Assembly (NCBI RefSeq): GCF_006345805.1
Contig: NC_043001.1
Location: 16,182,001-16,246,000, forward strand
Reading direction: 5' to 3'
Source of the DNA: Octopus sinensis
Taxonomy: Eukaryota
Length of the DNA stretch: 64,000 nucleotides
The position numbers and the translations under genes are program-made. Below the pieces are notes generated by a model that did no database searches, had not been told where the DNA came from, and was given only the letters and a program-made list of their open reading frames with translations. The stretch's first letter is position 1; every line of letters starts with the position of its first letter. Below, piece after piece: positions 62,357-64,000 of this stretch.

Positions 62357-63082
62357 AGAATAATAATAATAATAATAATTAATTCTTTTTATTGGCCACA
62401 AGGGCTGACACACATGATTAGAAAACATAAAGGGACAAAACAGGACGAAAGGTTACAAAGGGTTTTGTCCGTTTGTGAAAAAAATCGTGTAAAAACAGTG
62501 TAACAATCAAATAATATAACAACGAAAAACTCCCAATAGGGGGAGGCGCTTCGAAAGGTTCCTGGTGGAAAAAAAAACCCCATAAAAGCCAACGGGAACC
62601 TGGTCAAAAGGGGGGTAGAGAGTCCCTTTTCTCCTTTTATAGTACCTTTTTGAATCACAGGCGAAACCTGAGAACTGGTCCATTTATATTGGCCATTCTT
62701 GCACAATTCACCCACCTTTCAGAAAACTTGCTATCAGACAGCACCCTCCTCTCATCTTCCTTTTCAAGTGAAACTTGAAAAAGTTGATGAGGTCTTGACC
62801 AAAGAGTAAAGTGTCTGACTTTAGCCCTTTCAAACGGGTCCACCATACAACCTCTTTCGCCACAGCCACTAGGCACAAGAAAACGGCCTCGTCCTACTTG
62901 TTAAAGGAGGTCGGTGGGGCAATCCTCACTATGGATTCGGCTGATAGCCGGATCCGTCCTACACGTGACAGTAGCTGTTCGACATAAACCCATAGTTCAG
63001 CAATACTTGGGCACTGGACGAGTGCGTGCAGAACGGTTTCATCGTCCTGGCAACACCTCGGGCAGGCCCGGCTGACGGCATA
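62357..63082 (-). mobile_element. L1/Tx1-clade LINE 3' end with zf-RVT motif
   Basis: ACPRCCQDDETVLHALVQCPSIAELW (CxxC...ETxxHxxxxC), one internal stop, then a 3'UTR ending AATAAA...(ATT)n. Confidence 0.82.
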
Positions 63083-63757
63083 GTTCTTTTATTTTTTATT
63101 TGTTTCAGTTATTAGACTGCGGCCATGCTGGGGCACTGCCTTGAAGAATTTATAATCAAATGTATCGACTCGAGTACTTTTTTTTTAAGCCTGCTACTTA
63201 TTCTATCGATCTCTTTTGTTGAACTGCTAAGTGATGGTGGGGAGGGGGACAAACACAGACACACAAATACATACATATTATATATCCATACATACATACA
63301 CATAGATATATATATATATATCATCATCATCATCATCATCGTTTAACGTCCGTTTTCCGTGCTAGCACGGGTTGGACGGTTCGACCGGGGTCTGGGAAGC
63401 CAGAAGGCTGCACCAGGCCCAGTCTGATTTGGCAGTGTTTCTACGGCTGGATGTACTTCCTAACGCCAACCACTCCGTGAGTGTAGTGGGTGCTTTTTAA
63501 TTGCCACTGACACAGGTGCCAGGGGAGTCTGGCAGCGGCCACGATCGGTTGGTGCTTTTTCGTGCCACCAGCACAGAAGCCAGTCAAGATATATATATAT
63601 ATATATATATTACTCTATTTAAAGCAGCAGAAAATTCAACAAAACCTTGTTACTCTGAGTTTCCCGTTGCTGTCCTATTACTCTACCACTGGTATTTGAG
63701 TACTCTTTTTTCCACCTTGTTTCACATTTATGTGTTTACTCCGGTATATATATATCT

Positions 63758-63823
<66 letters not shown>

Positions 63824-63832
63824 TGTGTTATT

Positions 63833-63995
63833 TGAATTTATGGAAAGGAATCCCATAAAACTCAACAAATTTGTTAAAAATGAGAAGAGATGTTAAATTT
63901 AAGAGAATTTTAAAATTCTCTTAAATTTTAACATTTTCTCTTCTCCATTTTTAACAAATTTGTTGAGTTTTATGGGATTCCTTTCCATAAATTCA
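63833..63995. repeat. Near-perfect palindrome running to the window edge
   Basis: tgaatttatggaaaggaatcccataaaactcaacaaatttgttaaaaatg... mirrored about tttaagagaatttt|aaaattctcttaaa. Confidence 0.9.
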
Positions 63996-64000
63996 TATAA

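Noticed and set aside
12-63346. Recurrent short ORFs (e.g. ...[11 protein letters not shown]..., ...RKDERQSRPRR..., MLAWVG...)
   Set aside because: All are translations of SINE-A, SINE-B or family-D copies.

Overview
AT-rich, repeat-dominated eukaryotic nuclear DNA. The repeat families (tRNA-headed SINEs, RTE-tailed elements, TA/CA microsatellites) look to me like those of octopus (coleoid cephalopod) genomes; this is recognition, not a database result. Two protein-coding genes are well supported: an effector caspase-3/7-like gene whose whole CDS is one exon (5640-6506, +), and the last three coding exons of a GH35 beta-galactosidase (GLB1L2-like) on the minus strand (62227-62341, 57909-58025, 56249-56341), which splice in frame and are not recovered as a gene by the ORF track. 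Other large structures are a ~5.06-kb array of 108-bp (2x54) units with long open frames (12841-17898) and a ~5.4-kb tandem duplication (38050-48805) joined at a 6-bp microhomology between two different SINE families. The rest is nested TE debris: at least four SINE families, RTE/CR1/Tx1 LINE 3' ends, a Penelope-like GIY-YIG fragment, a gypsy gag fossil, a hAT-type transposase pseudogene, non-autonomous Helitrons, TTAA MITEs and foldback palindromes. Most listed ORFs are translation artefacts of repeats. Many TE boundaries are approximate (about +/-10-20 bp).
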